In this document: positions 49,174-58,427 of the stretch, piece after piece
Layout: every line of letters starts with the position of its first letter
Position numbering within the stretch: the stretch's first letter is position 1
From: Candidatus Latescibacterota bacterium
Lineage (GTDB): Bacteria; Latescibacterota; UBA2968
Assembly (NCBI GenBank): GCA_965222605.1
Contig: OZ244960.1
Span: 1,728,001-1,792,000 of the forward strand
DNA length: 64,000 bases
Reading direction: 5' to 3'
Translations under genes and position numbers: made by a program
Notes under the pieces: model-generated
The model's input: only the letters and a program-made list of their open reading frames with translations
Told to the model about the DNA's origin: nothing
Databases searched by the model: none

Positions 49174-51171
49174 TTACGAGTCCCCATAAAAAGCCCTGTT
49201 CAGTGCTTTATCTTCCTCACTGACGCCAAATTCCTCGTCGTCAATTTCCGTAAGGTTGACATAGAGTTGGTTCTTATCCAGCAGTTCCGCGAGCCGTTTC
49301 TTCTGTTTGTCCAACCCGTTTTTGCCTTCGCCGATGGCGATAAAATCATCAACCGCATCTTCCGGGATTTCAGAATTCACATACCAGTTCAAAAACGAGT
49401 TTTCGGCAATATCTCTCCAGAGTTCTACAAGCTCTTTAGAAGATTGCGCGGCTTGAATTTTATCCATATAGGCTTCGTTGTACTGCATCAGTTCACAATA
49501 GATAAAATCACCGCCGCCCTGCCAATTGACGGATTCGGAGATACCGCCAGTGTCATATTCAATTTCTTCAGGTAGCTTGTTCTCCGCCTTTATTCTTTTC
49601 CCGATAACTTTCTTCAATCGCTTAAGCGTGATGGTTTCCACATAATTCATCTGTTCAATGCCGATATACTGACGCCCTGTTTTATGAGCGACAGCGCAAG
49701 TTGTCCCAGACCCAAGATGGAAATCTAAAACAATATCCCCTTCCTTAGTTGTGTATTCAATAATGCGTTGAATGAGTAATTCAGGTTTTGGATAAGCAAA
49801 CACTTTGCCCCCGAATAATTCTACAATTTCATCCGTGCCTTTCTTGTTGATCACACTCTTCAGCAATTCATCCATCACTTGATTGAGAAAGTTTGATGAT
49901 ACGTATGTTTTATCAAAGTCATCTCCTTTTTTTTCAATGTCTTCCGACTTAAAAACTCGCATAGCAGGACGTTTTATATCGAGAAAATCATAATCTCCGG
50001 GAAAAACTATTTTCTTTTTTTTCAAATATTCATCAACAGTATCAATAGTAATTGCCCAACTACGATTGGGATTCACAGGGAATTCGTCTCCATTTCTCGG
50101 ATTTACCAGTGTAAAATTTGAATTGGAACGTTCTTGAATTGTAGTCTGCTTTGTAAGGTCGCTCGTTCTCCATTCATCGTCAGGAAAATCAGGTGTTTTG
50201 TGATACTTTCTTGCAATGGTGCGTCCGAAAAGCGCATCTTGTTTTGATGTTCCTTTTGTGTACATCAGCATCCAGTCAAAATCTTGCGATAGTTTGTAAG
50301 GCACATCACTTTTTCCACTTCGTGTCTTTCTGGGAACGGTTGCGATAAAGTTGTCTCTTCCAAATATATCGTCAGCAACGAGTTTCAAATAGTGCATTTC
50401 CCGGTCATCAATGTGAATGAAGATAATCCCGTCATTCTTCAACAACTCTCTCGCCACTTCCAGGCGATTCTTCATAAACGTCAGCCAGCTTGAATGTTTA
50501 AAATTATCGTTATATCCAAAGCCATCACCATTGATGTTATAGGGCGGATCAATGTAAATCAGCCTCACTTAGTTCTGGAATTGCTTCTTCAGCGTATGCA
50601 ATGCCAGCAGATTATTGCCCTTTATAATCAGATTCTCGCGGATCGTGCCGCTCTCATCTCGCTCAAGTTCCGTCACCTTCTGCTCACCGTCAACCGTATA
50701 GCGTTTCCAGTTGGTCAGTACCTTTGAGTCAAATAGACGGTCAATTTCATCCTGTGCCAGAATTTCATTAAAGAAAATCTCTTTGCGCTTTTCCTCTTCC
50801 CTGGTCTGCCCGCCTTCCAGAACGCAATCTTTGTACGGCCACGCCAGGGACACTTCGCCCCGCTCCCGCAGAAATTTATCGTCGATATTCAAGCCGATCC
50901 TATTGCGGAATCGGGTGTATGAGTCGGCGAGAAATTTCTTATCGGAAACGTATTCAATGAAGGTGTTGAGATTGAAAATCCAGTGGCCTTCGATCTCGTC
51001 AAAGAATTTTGTCTTGATATCCGCATCACCAAGCAGTAGCCCCACCAGATCATGGTCAATCTTCCACGCGCGATCAATCACCGCCGCCTTGACCAACTCG
51101 CCTTCTTCATCAATGAAACGGACGTCGGTTTTGAGCAATTCGATCATTTTTTCATTAAAGTTTTTTGGCAT
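49174..51171 (-). pseudogene. mod: Type III R-M methyltransferase Mod with an in-frame stop
   Basis: NLIIKGNNLLAL...KQFQN*VRLIYIDPPYN (TAA at 50569-50571); later LDFHLGSGTT. Confidence 0.88.
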
Positions 51172-52042
51172 GTTGTGGTCCTTTAATCTTTATTTTTTTG
51201 GTGTCATCGGTCGTTTGTAGCTTTGAAACTAAATCATTTACAGCCGCTTGCACTACTGATCAGGATATTTGATAAGTATCAGCATCTGGATATATTTTTG
51301 TATTCATCTGCTCATATGGATGAATAAGATTTCTAAAATCTCTCAATGCATGTGAAAACTTTTGAACATCCGTATTGATCCAACCAATTTGATGCGCCAC
51401 ATCTATCATTTCAGCAAGTTTCCAATCGGAAAATTTTTTTATTTTTTGCGTTTTTAGGCCTTTGGGAGCATTCGCACATTTATTGGCTTCTGCAGGGTAC
51501 TGTTGAAAAATCCCTAACAACAACCCTTCCAATATGCTACCCATGATAATTATTGCCGATAAATATGCCCCAACTGTACCACAACGTTGGGCTTCATCCC
51601 ATCTATTTTTCAGGATCTTATCAATCTCAGGCTTTAATCCAATTGACAAAAAATCTGGAGATTGAAACAGCTTCATCTCTTTTGCAACCTCACCATCATC
51701 TGAAAAATCTACGGTGATTTTCTCAAATTTTGGTTCATTTCCATCAAGTATTATTTTGAATTCTTCAAAATAAAATATTTTATTTAATTGCTTAAGCGCA
51801 GTTCTAATCTGCCCCTGATTACCACCGTACTCAAATGGTGAGGCCAGCCTTTTAAATACAAGTGCAAGTTGTTCCCTGTCACACGCTTTTAGTGTTTCTA
51901 AAACCCACAGCCGACGGGTTGAGCCATCATGAACAAATTGAGGCAATCCCGCTCTTTGAAAGAATTTAGTTAGTTCGTGACCAGATCGATAAGGATAACC
52001 ACAAATAAACTCGGCAATTTCATTGAAAGTACTCTCATCCAT
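51155..52042 (-). pseudogene. Predicted HEPN-like/Abi-type protein with a premature TGA near the C-terminus
   Basis: N-terminus PYRSGHELTKFF...GSTRRLWV; C-terminus RDFRNLIHP. The frame continues past TGA (51260-51262) as SVVQAAVNDL to TAA 51155, overlapping the mod start. Confidence 0.65.
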
Positions 52043-52091
52043 TCAAAACTTCCTCAGGCACTACAAAAATTTACATCTATATTTATTTTCT

Positions 52092-53543
52092 CTATCCCAA
52101 TTTCTCCCGCAACAATTGACTGGCTTTTTGGGGATTGGCCTGACCTTTTGTGGCTCTCATAAGCTGGCCCATAAAAAACCCCATAAGTCTCTGGTCACCG
52201 CCTTTGAACCGTTCAACCTCGTCGGGATTATCCGCAATAATCTGGTCGATCACGCCATCGAGTTCATCGGTATCGCTAATCTGTACAAGACCCTTTTTCT
52301 CCACAATAGACGATGCACTCTCCCCTGTTTCAACCATATCATCGAAAACCGTTCTGGCAATATTGGTACTGATATCGCCCTTGCCGATCAAACCAATCAA
52401 TTCCGCGAGGCGTTTGGCTGAAACACGCAAATCGCCAATCGCGATCTTCCGATCGTTGAGAACGCGCATCACATCGCCCTGTATCCAATTAGCCGCAAGC
52501 CTGCTCAGCACACCCGCCGCAACAGTGGCTTCAAAATAATCGGCAATGTCTCGATCTGCGGTAAGCACATCGATCTGATCGGCGGAAATATCGTAATTCT
52601 CTGCAAAACGCGCGCGTTTAGCCTCTGGCAATTCTGGAATCTGACTCTGAACGCGCTCGACCCAGGTGTTATCTACAACAAGTGGAACCAGATCGGGATC
52701 GGGGAAATAGCGATAATCGTCCGATTCTTCTTTTGTACGCATAGCGCGCAAAATATTGCGGTCGGGATCATAAAGCATAGTCGCCTGTTCAATCTCACCG
52801 CCGGTTTCAAGCAAGTCAATCTGGCGCTGAATTTCGGATTCAATAGCGCGCTGACAATTGCGAAAAGAATTGACATTTTTGATCTCAACCTTCGTGCCGA
52901 GTCGGGTCTCTCCAACAGGCCGAATAGACACATTCGCATCAATCCGCATATGTCCTTTTTCCATATCGCCTTCAGAAACACCCGTGTACACGAGCAGTTG
53001 ATGCAAGCTCGTGAGATAGTAAAAAACTTCCTCAGAAGTCGAAAGATCTGGCTCACTCACAATTTCGATAAGTGGCACGCCACAGCGATTGACATCCACG
53101 AGGGACTCCCCCGATGCGACAAAGTCTTCCTGGTGGATGCTTTTGCCGGCATCTTCTTCCATGTGGATGCGCGTGAGGCGAATTGTCTTTGTGTCGCCGT
53201 CAGCCGTGGGCACGTCAACACCTCCACCAGTGGCCAGAGGCATTTCTTCATTAGATTGAAACTGCGAGATCTGATACCCCTTGGGCAGATCGGGATAAAA
53301 ATAATTTTTTCGCAAAAAACGACTGCGGGGTTGAATCGTGCAACCTGCGGCCAGCGCAATGCGCATCGCCAGTTCAACAACATTTTGATTGAGCACGGGG
53401 AGCGCGCCAGGCAAGCCCAAACACACCGGACAGACATGGGTATTGGGATCGGCGCCAAATTCGGCACTGCATCCGCAAAAAATTTTGGTAGTGGTTGCAA
53501 GTTGGGCGTGTACTTCCAGACCGATGACAGATTCGTAAGTCAT
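52092..53543 (-). CDS. gatB: Asp/Glu-tRNA amidotransferase subunit B
   Basis: [33 protein letters not shown]. Confidence 0.98.
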   Translation of the reverse strand: MTYESVIGLEVHAQLATTTKIFCGCSAEFGADPNTHVCPVCLGLPGALPVLNQNVVELAMRIALAAGCTIQPRSRFLRKNYFYPDLPKGYQISQFQSNEEMPLATGGGVDVPTADGDTKTIRLTRIHMEEDAGKSIHQEDFVASGESLVDVNRCGVPLIEIVSEPDLSTSEEVFYYLTSLHQLLVYTGVSEGDMEKGHMRIDANVSIRPVGETRLGTKVEIKNVNSFRNCQRAIESEIQRQIDLLETGGEIEQATMLYDPDRNILRAMRTKEESDDYRYFPDPDLVPLVVDNTWVERVQSQIPELPEAKRARFAENYDISADQIDVLTADRDIADYFEATVAAGVLSRLAANWIQGDVMRVLNDRKIAIGDLRVSAKRLAELIGLIGKGDISTNIARTVFDDMVETGESASSIVEKKGLVQISDTDELDGVIDQIIADNPDEVERFKGGDQRLMGFFMGQLMRATKGQANPQKASQLLREKLG

Positions 53544-54997
53544 AACGCCAATTCTCTTTCAACAACCGCAGCCGCGCTCAAAATGGTTTCTTCGGCAAAG
53601 GCATCGCCGAGCAATTGCAAGCCCACGGGCAAGCCCTCGGTCGATGTCCCACAAGGCACTGAAATGCCGGGAATACCAGCGAGATTAACGGAAACAGTAT
53701 AAATATCGGAGAGATACATCTGAAGCGGATCGTCGAGTTTTTCACCCAGCTTAAATGCCGGGGTAGGCGATACGGGCGAAGCGAGGATATCGCAGGATTC
53801 AAACGCGCGGTCAAAATCCCGACGAATAAGCGTACGCACCTGTTGCGCTTTGCGGTAATACGCATCGTAATAACCCGCACTCAGCGCATAGGTCCCCAGC
53901 ATAATTCGACGCTTGACTTCCGCGCCAAATCCCTTGCTGCGCGTTTGAACATACATGTCGATCAGGCTTTTCGCCTCATCGCGGAAGCCGTATTTCACCC
54001 CATCATAACGCGACAGATTCGACGATGCTTCAGCCGTAGCAATAATATAATATGCGGCAATTGCAAAGGCGGGATGTCCGGCAGTTGGCAGCGAAACTTC
54101 GCGAATAGACGCGCCATTTTTTTCCAGAACTTCAATCCCTTGCATAACGGCATTGCGAACGTCGGATTGGAGACCCGCGCCAAAAAATTCTGTCGGCAAG
54201 CCAATGGTGAGGCCATCAACGCCTCTTTGACAAGCCAAAAGACAATCGGGTACCGGCACATGGGCAGAGGTAGAATCGCGGGGATCGTGCCCGGCAATAA
54301 CACCGAGCAGAATGGCCGTATCTTCGACAGTACGCGCAAATGGGCCAATTTGGTCGAGCGAAGAGGCATAGGCGATCAAGCCATAACGAGAAACGCGACC
54401 ATAAGTGGGTTTAAGGCCCACCACACCGCAGAAAGATGCGGGCAAACGAACAGAACCCCCTGTGTCAGATCCCAGGGTCATAAGGGCCTGACCGGCAGCG
54501 ATAGCCGCAGCAGAACCACCGCTGGATCCGCCTGTCACGCGGGTTTGATCGCGTGGATTTTTGACCGCACCAAAATGGGAATTTTCGCTGGAAGAGCCCA
54601 TGGCAAACTCATCCATATTGAGTTTGCCCAGGATAATTGCATCGGCTTGACGCAGGCGGGTAACAACGGTTGCATCATAAGGCGGGATGAAATTGTCGAG
54701 AATCTTTGAAGCGCAGGTCGTGCGTAGCCCTTTGGTACACAACACATCTTTCAGCGCAATCGGGACGCCGACAAGGGGGCCAAGGGCTTGGCCCGTCGCT
54801 ACCTTTTGATCGACGGCATCCGCTGCTTCGAGTGCACCTGCTTCATCAATGGTGATGAAGGCATTGATATCGGGATTTGTATTTTGGATATGCGCGAGAG
54901 TCTTTTCCGTTATTTCGCGGGCCGTGTGCTTTCCCCTGCGAATGTCGTGTACAAGCCCCCGCGCTGTTTGGGCGAAAAAAACAGAATCGTCAGCCAC
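53540..54997 (-). CDS. gatA: Asp/Glu-tRNA amidotransferase subunit A
   Basis: [29 protein letters not shown]. Confidence 0.98.
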   Translation of the reverse strand: MADDSVFFAQTARGLVHDIRRGKHTAREITEKTLAHIQNTNPDINAFITIDEAGALEAADAVDQKVATGQALGPLVGVPIALKDVLCTKGLRTTCASKILDNFIPPYDATVVTRLRQADAIILGKLNMDEFAMGSSSENSHFGAVKNPRDQTRVTGGSSGGSAAAIAAGQALMTLGSDTGGSVRLPASFCGVVGLKPTYGRVSRYGLIAYASSLDQIGPFARTVEDTAILLGVIAGHDPRDSTSAHVPVPDCLLACQRGVDGLTIGLPTEFFGAGLQSDVRNAVMQGIEVLEKNGASIREVSLPTAGHPAFAIAAYYIIATAEASSNLSRYDGVKYGFRDEAKSLIDMYVQTRSKGFGAEVKRRIMLGTYALSAGYYDAYYRKAQQVRTLIRRDFDRAFESCDILASPVSPTPAFKLGEKLDDPLQMYLSDIYTVSVNLAGIPGISVPCGTSTEGLPVGLQLLGDAFAEETILSAAAVVERELAL

Positions 54998-55009
54998 CCT
55001 ACCTCCAGA

Positions 55010-55255
55010 TCACGATTTTGTTTCTGTACCCGATGTGGTCTGTGTCGTCTGTGTCGTCTGTGTGGGTTGTGGTTCGGGGGGCGGAGCAGTATTGACGTTA
55101 TTTTCTATTTCAGTCTGAACGTCCTTTACCCCGCGCTTAAATTCGGTAATGCCCTTGCCGAGGGACTGGGCAATTTCGGGAATGCGTTTTGCACCAAACA
55201 CCAGCAGGACAACGACCAAAATCAATATGATTTCCCACGGTCCCATGCCAAACAT
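55010..55255 (-). CDS. tatA: Twin-arginine translocase TatA/TatE
   Basis: LLVFGAKRIPEIAQSLGKGITEFK; C-terminal TQT repeats. Confidence 0.93.
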   Translation of the reverse strand: MFGMGPWEIILILVVVLLVFGAKRIPEIAQSLGKGITEFKRGVKDVQTEIENNVNTAPPPEPQPTQTTQTTQTTSGTETKS

Positions 55256-55276
55256 GTCACACCTCCTGAAATAAAC

Positions 55277-55555
55277 TCAATAGGAATACTTGACGTAGTA
55301 CCAGGCTAGCCCAATACCGAGAAAGCTCAACACATTGAAGTCGAGCGAAAAACCCAATGTAAGGGTCATAATGATCAAGTTGATCTCAATGGGATTGAGC
55401 TTGTAAACATAAGAATCAATAAGCACTTTTTCGACCACATTATTTTCCAGGCTAAGGCCGTTAAAAATAATAGCCAGAACCTGACCAACTACGTTGCCGG
55501 CAAGAATGCCGATCAAGATCGCAACAATGAGAATCCCCAGACTTTTTCGACCCAT
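55277..55555 (-). CDS. Small membrane protein (DUF4321-like)
   Basis: Two hydrophobic segments; INLIIMTLTLGFSLDFNVLSFLG. Confidence 0.7.
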   Translation of the reverse strand: MGRKSLGILIVAILIGILAGNVVGQVLAIIFNGLSLENNVVEKVLIDSYVYKLNPIEINLIIMTLTLGFSLDFNVLSFLGIGLAWYYVKYSY

Positions 55556-55589
55556 AAACCGCGCTTTCAAAATAAAACAGGATGAACTC

Positions 55590-56321
55590 TTAGTCCCTCA
55601 CATCTGCCACTTCGCGGTCTGTGATGGTGTAATACAACCATCTGAACAGGCCAGATAGGGAAACGGCGAGTGCCATGGGAAAGAATACTTCATAAGTATA
55701 AAAAAACATGAGCACAATAACACATAGCAGAAAAATCAAGCGGACGCGACCGCGCCTGGTTTCAATAGATAACCTCGAAAACGCACTGTATTCGACTGTG
55801 CTGATCATGAGAAATGAGAGTATAACACACAGGCCGATAGCAAGATGAGGTGCGTGTGTGCTACTCTGCCACACACGTTCTGTAAAAAGAATATATGCGG
55901 CCAGGGTACCCGCTGCCGTTGGAATCGGGAGGCCAGAAAAATTTTCTTTGTCAAATCCCTTTAATTGTGTATTGAAACGCGCCAGCCTAAGCGCACCACA
56001 CAACAAAAATAAAAAACAAACGACAAAAGGCAACCAGCGAATAACCAGCAAGGTATCGAGATAGTACAACATGAGCAGCGCCGGAGCCACGCCAAAAGAG
56101 CAGACATCGACAATGGAGTCAAATTGGACGCCAAAGTTGCTGGACGTATGAAAGTATCGCGCAATTTTTCCGTCACACGCATCGAGAAATCCCGCAATAA
56201 CGATGAGAAGGGCTGCACCGATAAAACGCCCATTCACAGCATAGTACATAGATAAAAAGCCACAAAACAAACTGCTAATGGTAAACAGGCTGGGCAGGGC
56301 TGCTTTGGCATTCATTAACAT
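55590..56321 (-). CDS. pssA: CDP-diacylglycerol--serine O-phosphatidyltransferase
   Basis: DGKIAR...FGVQFDSIVDVCSFGVAP, LRLARFN, FSGLPIP. Confidence 0.92.
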   Translation of the reverse strand: MLMNAKAALPSLFTISSLFCGFLSMYYAVNGRFIGAALLIVIAGFLDACDGKIARYFHTSSNFGVQFDSIVDVCSFGVAPALLMLYYLDTLLVIRWLPFVVCFLFLLCGALRLARFNTQLKGFDKENFSGLPIPTAAGTLAAYILFTERVWQSSTHAPHLAIGLCVILSFLMISTVEYSAFSRLSIETRRGRVRLIFLLCVIVLMFFYTYEVFFPMALAVSLSGLFRWLYYTITDREVADVRD

Positions 56322-56336
56322 AGCTCCAATCGAGGA

Positions 56337-57470
56337 TTACTCATTGCGCGGGTCGGCTTCTAAGACGAGTTGGGCATCAAATACGCGGCCTTGACCGCGC
56401 AAAATCTTGCGCAAAATCTTGAGAATAAATGTATCGCCAACAGCCGCGTGCCGAAAAGCATCTACGACATCATCGGCACTACTGGTATTTTTGTTATTGA
56501 CCATCACAATCACATCGCCGGGCAACAATCCAGCACTTTCGCCCGGGCTGAGGGGATCGACGACGGTGATCAAAGCACCTTTAATTGTCAAAACCCCAAG
56601 GGTGCGAGCAATGTGCTTGTTGAGGTTGTGAATATCCAGCCCGGTCCAGAACTCGCGGCTACCCTGGTCAATGAGCTGGCCGGCCACCTGGATTGCGCGA
56701 TCAATGGGCACTGCAAAACCGATACCCAACGATCCGCCCTGTGAAAAAATAAACGAATTAACACCTATAACTCGGCCGAGGCTGTTCACCAGAGGACCGC
56801 CGCTGTTGCCCGGGTTAATTGAAGCATCCGTTTGAATCATACCTTTGTACGCGCGTTCGTTTTGCTCTGGGCGAACAATGCGATCTACTGCACTAATGAC
56901 ACCAACCGTAACGGTGGGGTTGAGATCTTCAAAGTGCAAGCCAAAAGGATTTCCAAGCGCGATTGCCCATTCGCCAATAATGACACTTTCGGATGTCCCA
57001 ATCTCGGGAACATAGAGACTATCGGCATCGATCTGCACAACTGCGAGATCCCATTGACGATCTATAAAAACGTCGAGAACATCAAAACCACGACCGTCGG
57101 GAAAAATTACAAAAATTTCCTTAGCACCATCGACAACATGGCTGCTGGTCAGGATATAACCATCGGTCTGGATCACGAACCCCGAGCCGATTCCGGGAAT
57201 GCGCTGCTTGTCGGAAAAGTGTTCAAGGGGTTCAAAAAAGCGATCGGGATATCGGGGATAATCCCGATCATAAACCGTATTGATACTAACGACTGCTGGC
57301 GCCACATTTTCAATTGCTCGAACAATGGCATTTCGGCGCGAAGTCTCAATACTTGTACTCACTGCGCTCGTGTTGGACGAAGACCGATTGAGCAGGGGAA
57401 ATAATGCCAGACCAATGCACAGGCCCAATAACAAAATCAGCAGGGGGTGCTTCACGGCACTCATCCTCAC
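56337..57470 (-). CDS. HtrA/DegP-family serine protease with PDZ domain
   Basis: GSGF, HVV, DLA, TDASINPGNSGG; one PDZ domain. Confidence 0.92.
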   Translation of the reverse strand: MRMSAVKHPLLILLLGLCIGLALFPLLNRSSSNTSAVSTSIETSRRNAIVRAIENVAPAVVSINTVYDRDYPRYPDRFFEPLEHFSDKQRIPGIGSGFVIQTDGYILTSSHVVDGAKEIFVIFPDGRGFDVLDVFIDRQWDLAVVQIDADSLYVPEIGTSESVIIGEWAIALGNPFGLHFEDLNPTVTVGVISAVDRIVRPEQNERAYKGMIQTDASINPGNSGGPLVNSLGRVIGVNSFIFSQGGSLGIGFAVPIDRAIQVAGQLIDQGSREFWTGLDIHNLNKHIARTLGVLTIKGALITVVDPLSPGESAGLLPGDVIVMVNNKNTSSADDVVDAFRHAAVGDTFILKILRKILRGQGRVFDAQLVLEADPRNE

Positions 57471-58207
57471 GGGAGTTCATCGTCGTAAATCACCCTTTCG
57501 AGAAACAAGCCCTGGGCAGGAGCGGATTCTCCGGCACTTTGGCGGTTACGAGCACCGAGAATATCGTGCATAGATTCGGCTGACCGCGCCCCTCGACCCA
57601 TTTCTACGAGGGTGCCAACGATACTGCGCACCATTGCGCGTAAAAAACGATTACCGGAAATATGAAATATGAGTCCGTCGCCCTGCCGTTGCCAATCGCA
57701 GGTATAGACCTGACAGACTCGATTTTCTTTTTCATAGGCCGCCACACAAAAAGACGTGAAGTCGTGCCGACCAATGAGAATTTTGCTCGCCCGTTCTATC
57801 ACATTCAGATCGAGTTCACTACGCATATACCACGCATAGTGCCGGCCGATGGGCTGTTTGTTATGCCGGATGCAATAAAAATAATAACGGCGCTGGGCAT
57901 CGAAACGCGCGTGAAAGTCAAGGCCGACATAATCGGCACTTTTGACAGCGACATCGGGTGGTAACATGCCATTGAGTGCATGCTGCAAGCGATCGAGCGG
58001 AATATCGCGTGTAGGCGTGAAATTGACGACCTGCCCGAGTGCGTGAACGCCGGCATCCGTGCGGCCAGATGCCGTAACCGAGATCGGTGCACCATAGAGC
58101 TGCTCAAGGCGTGCCTGAAGTTCGCCCTGGACCGTGCGCTGGTCGGGCTGAACTTGCCAGCCCTTAAAGTCGGTTCCATCGTATTCGAGCGTCAGGCGAA
58201 TCTGCAT
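57467..58207 (-). CDS. truA: tRNA pseudouridine(38-40) synthase
   Basis: YDGTDFKGWQ, SGRTDAGVHA, FLRAMVRSIVG. Confidence 0.96.
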   Translation of the reverse strand: MQIRLTLEYDGTDFKGWQVQPDQRTVQGELQARLEQLYGAPISVTASGRTDAGVHALGQVVNFTPTRDIPLDRLQHALNGMLPPDVAVKSADYVGLDFHARFDAQRRYYFYCIRHNKQPIGRHYAWYMRSELDLNVIERASKILIGRHDFTSFCVAAYEKENRVCQVYTCDWQRQGDGLIFHISGNRFLRAMVRSIVGTLVEMGRGARSAESMHDILGARNRQSAGESAPAQGLFLERVIYDDELP

Positions 58208-58427
58208 GATAACGGCCCGCACCAAACGCGAAGAGAGAACGATCCTAACATCCACAAAAAGCATACAGTTTTGCAAATATACCATCTCACATGGGGAAAG
58301 TCAATGACGAAAAGGGAGAACATTTTTTTCAGACATGTGAACAGTTTTTTCCTCAAATGGCGAAATAAGCCTGCCATGAGAGACGGCACGAAAATTGCCA
58401 CAATATGGGTTCGAGAAAGGATAAAAC

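Larger units (their letters stand above)
41908..52150. mobile_element. Defence-gene island inserted at the gatB 3' end (no integrase present)
   Basis: Flanking 53-bp direct repeat; AT-richer cargo of R-M, TA, Abi-like and IS sequences. Confidence 0.75.

Noticed and set aside
50569-51262. Alternative genetic code or programmed readthrough in the island
   Set aside because: The two stops are different codons, each one substitution from the expected residue. TGA and TAA end many normal genes in the window, and TGG is used for Trp.
55039-55065. 9-bp tandem repeat in tatA
   Set aside because: Encodes a low-complexity TQT tail, which is common in TatA.
52092-55255. Missing gatC as an anomaly
   Set aside because: gatC is often unlinked from gatAB; its absence cannot be judged from one window.
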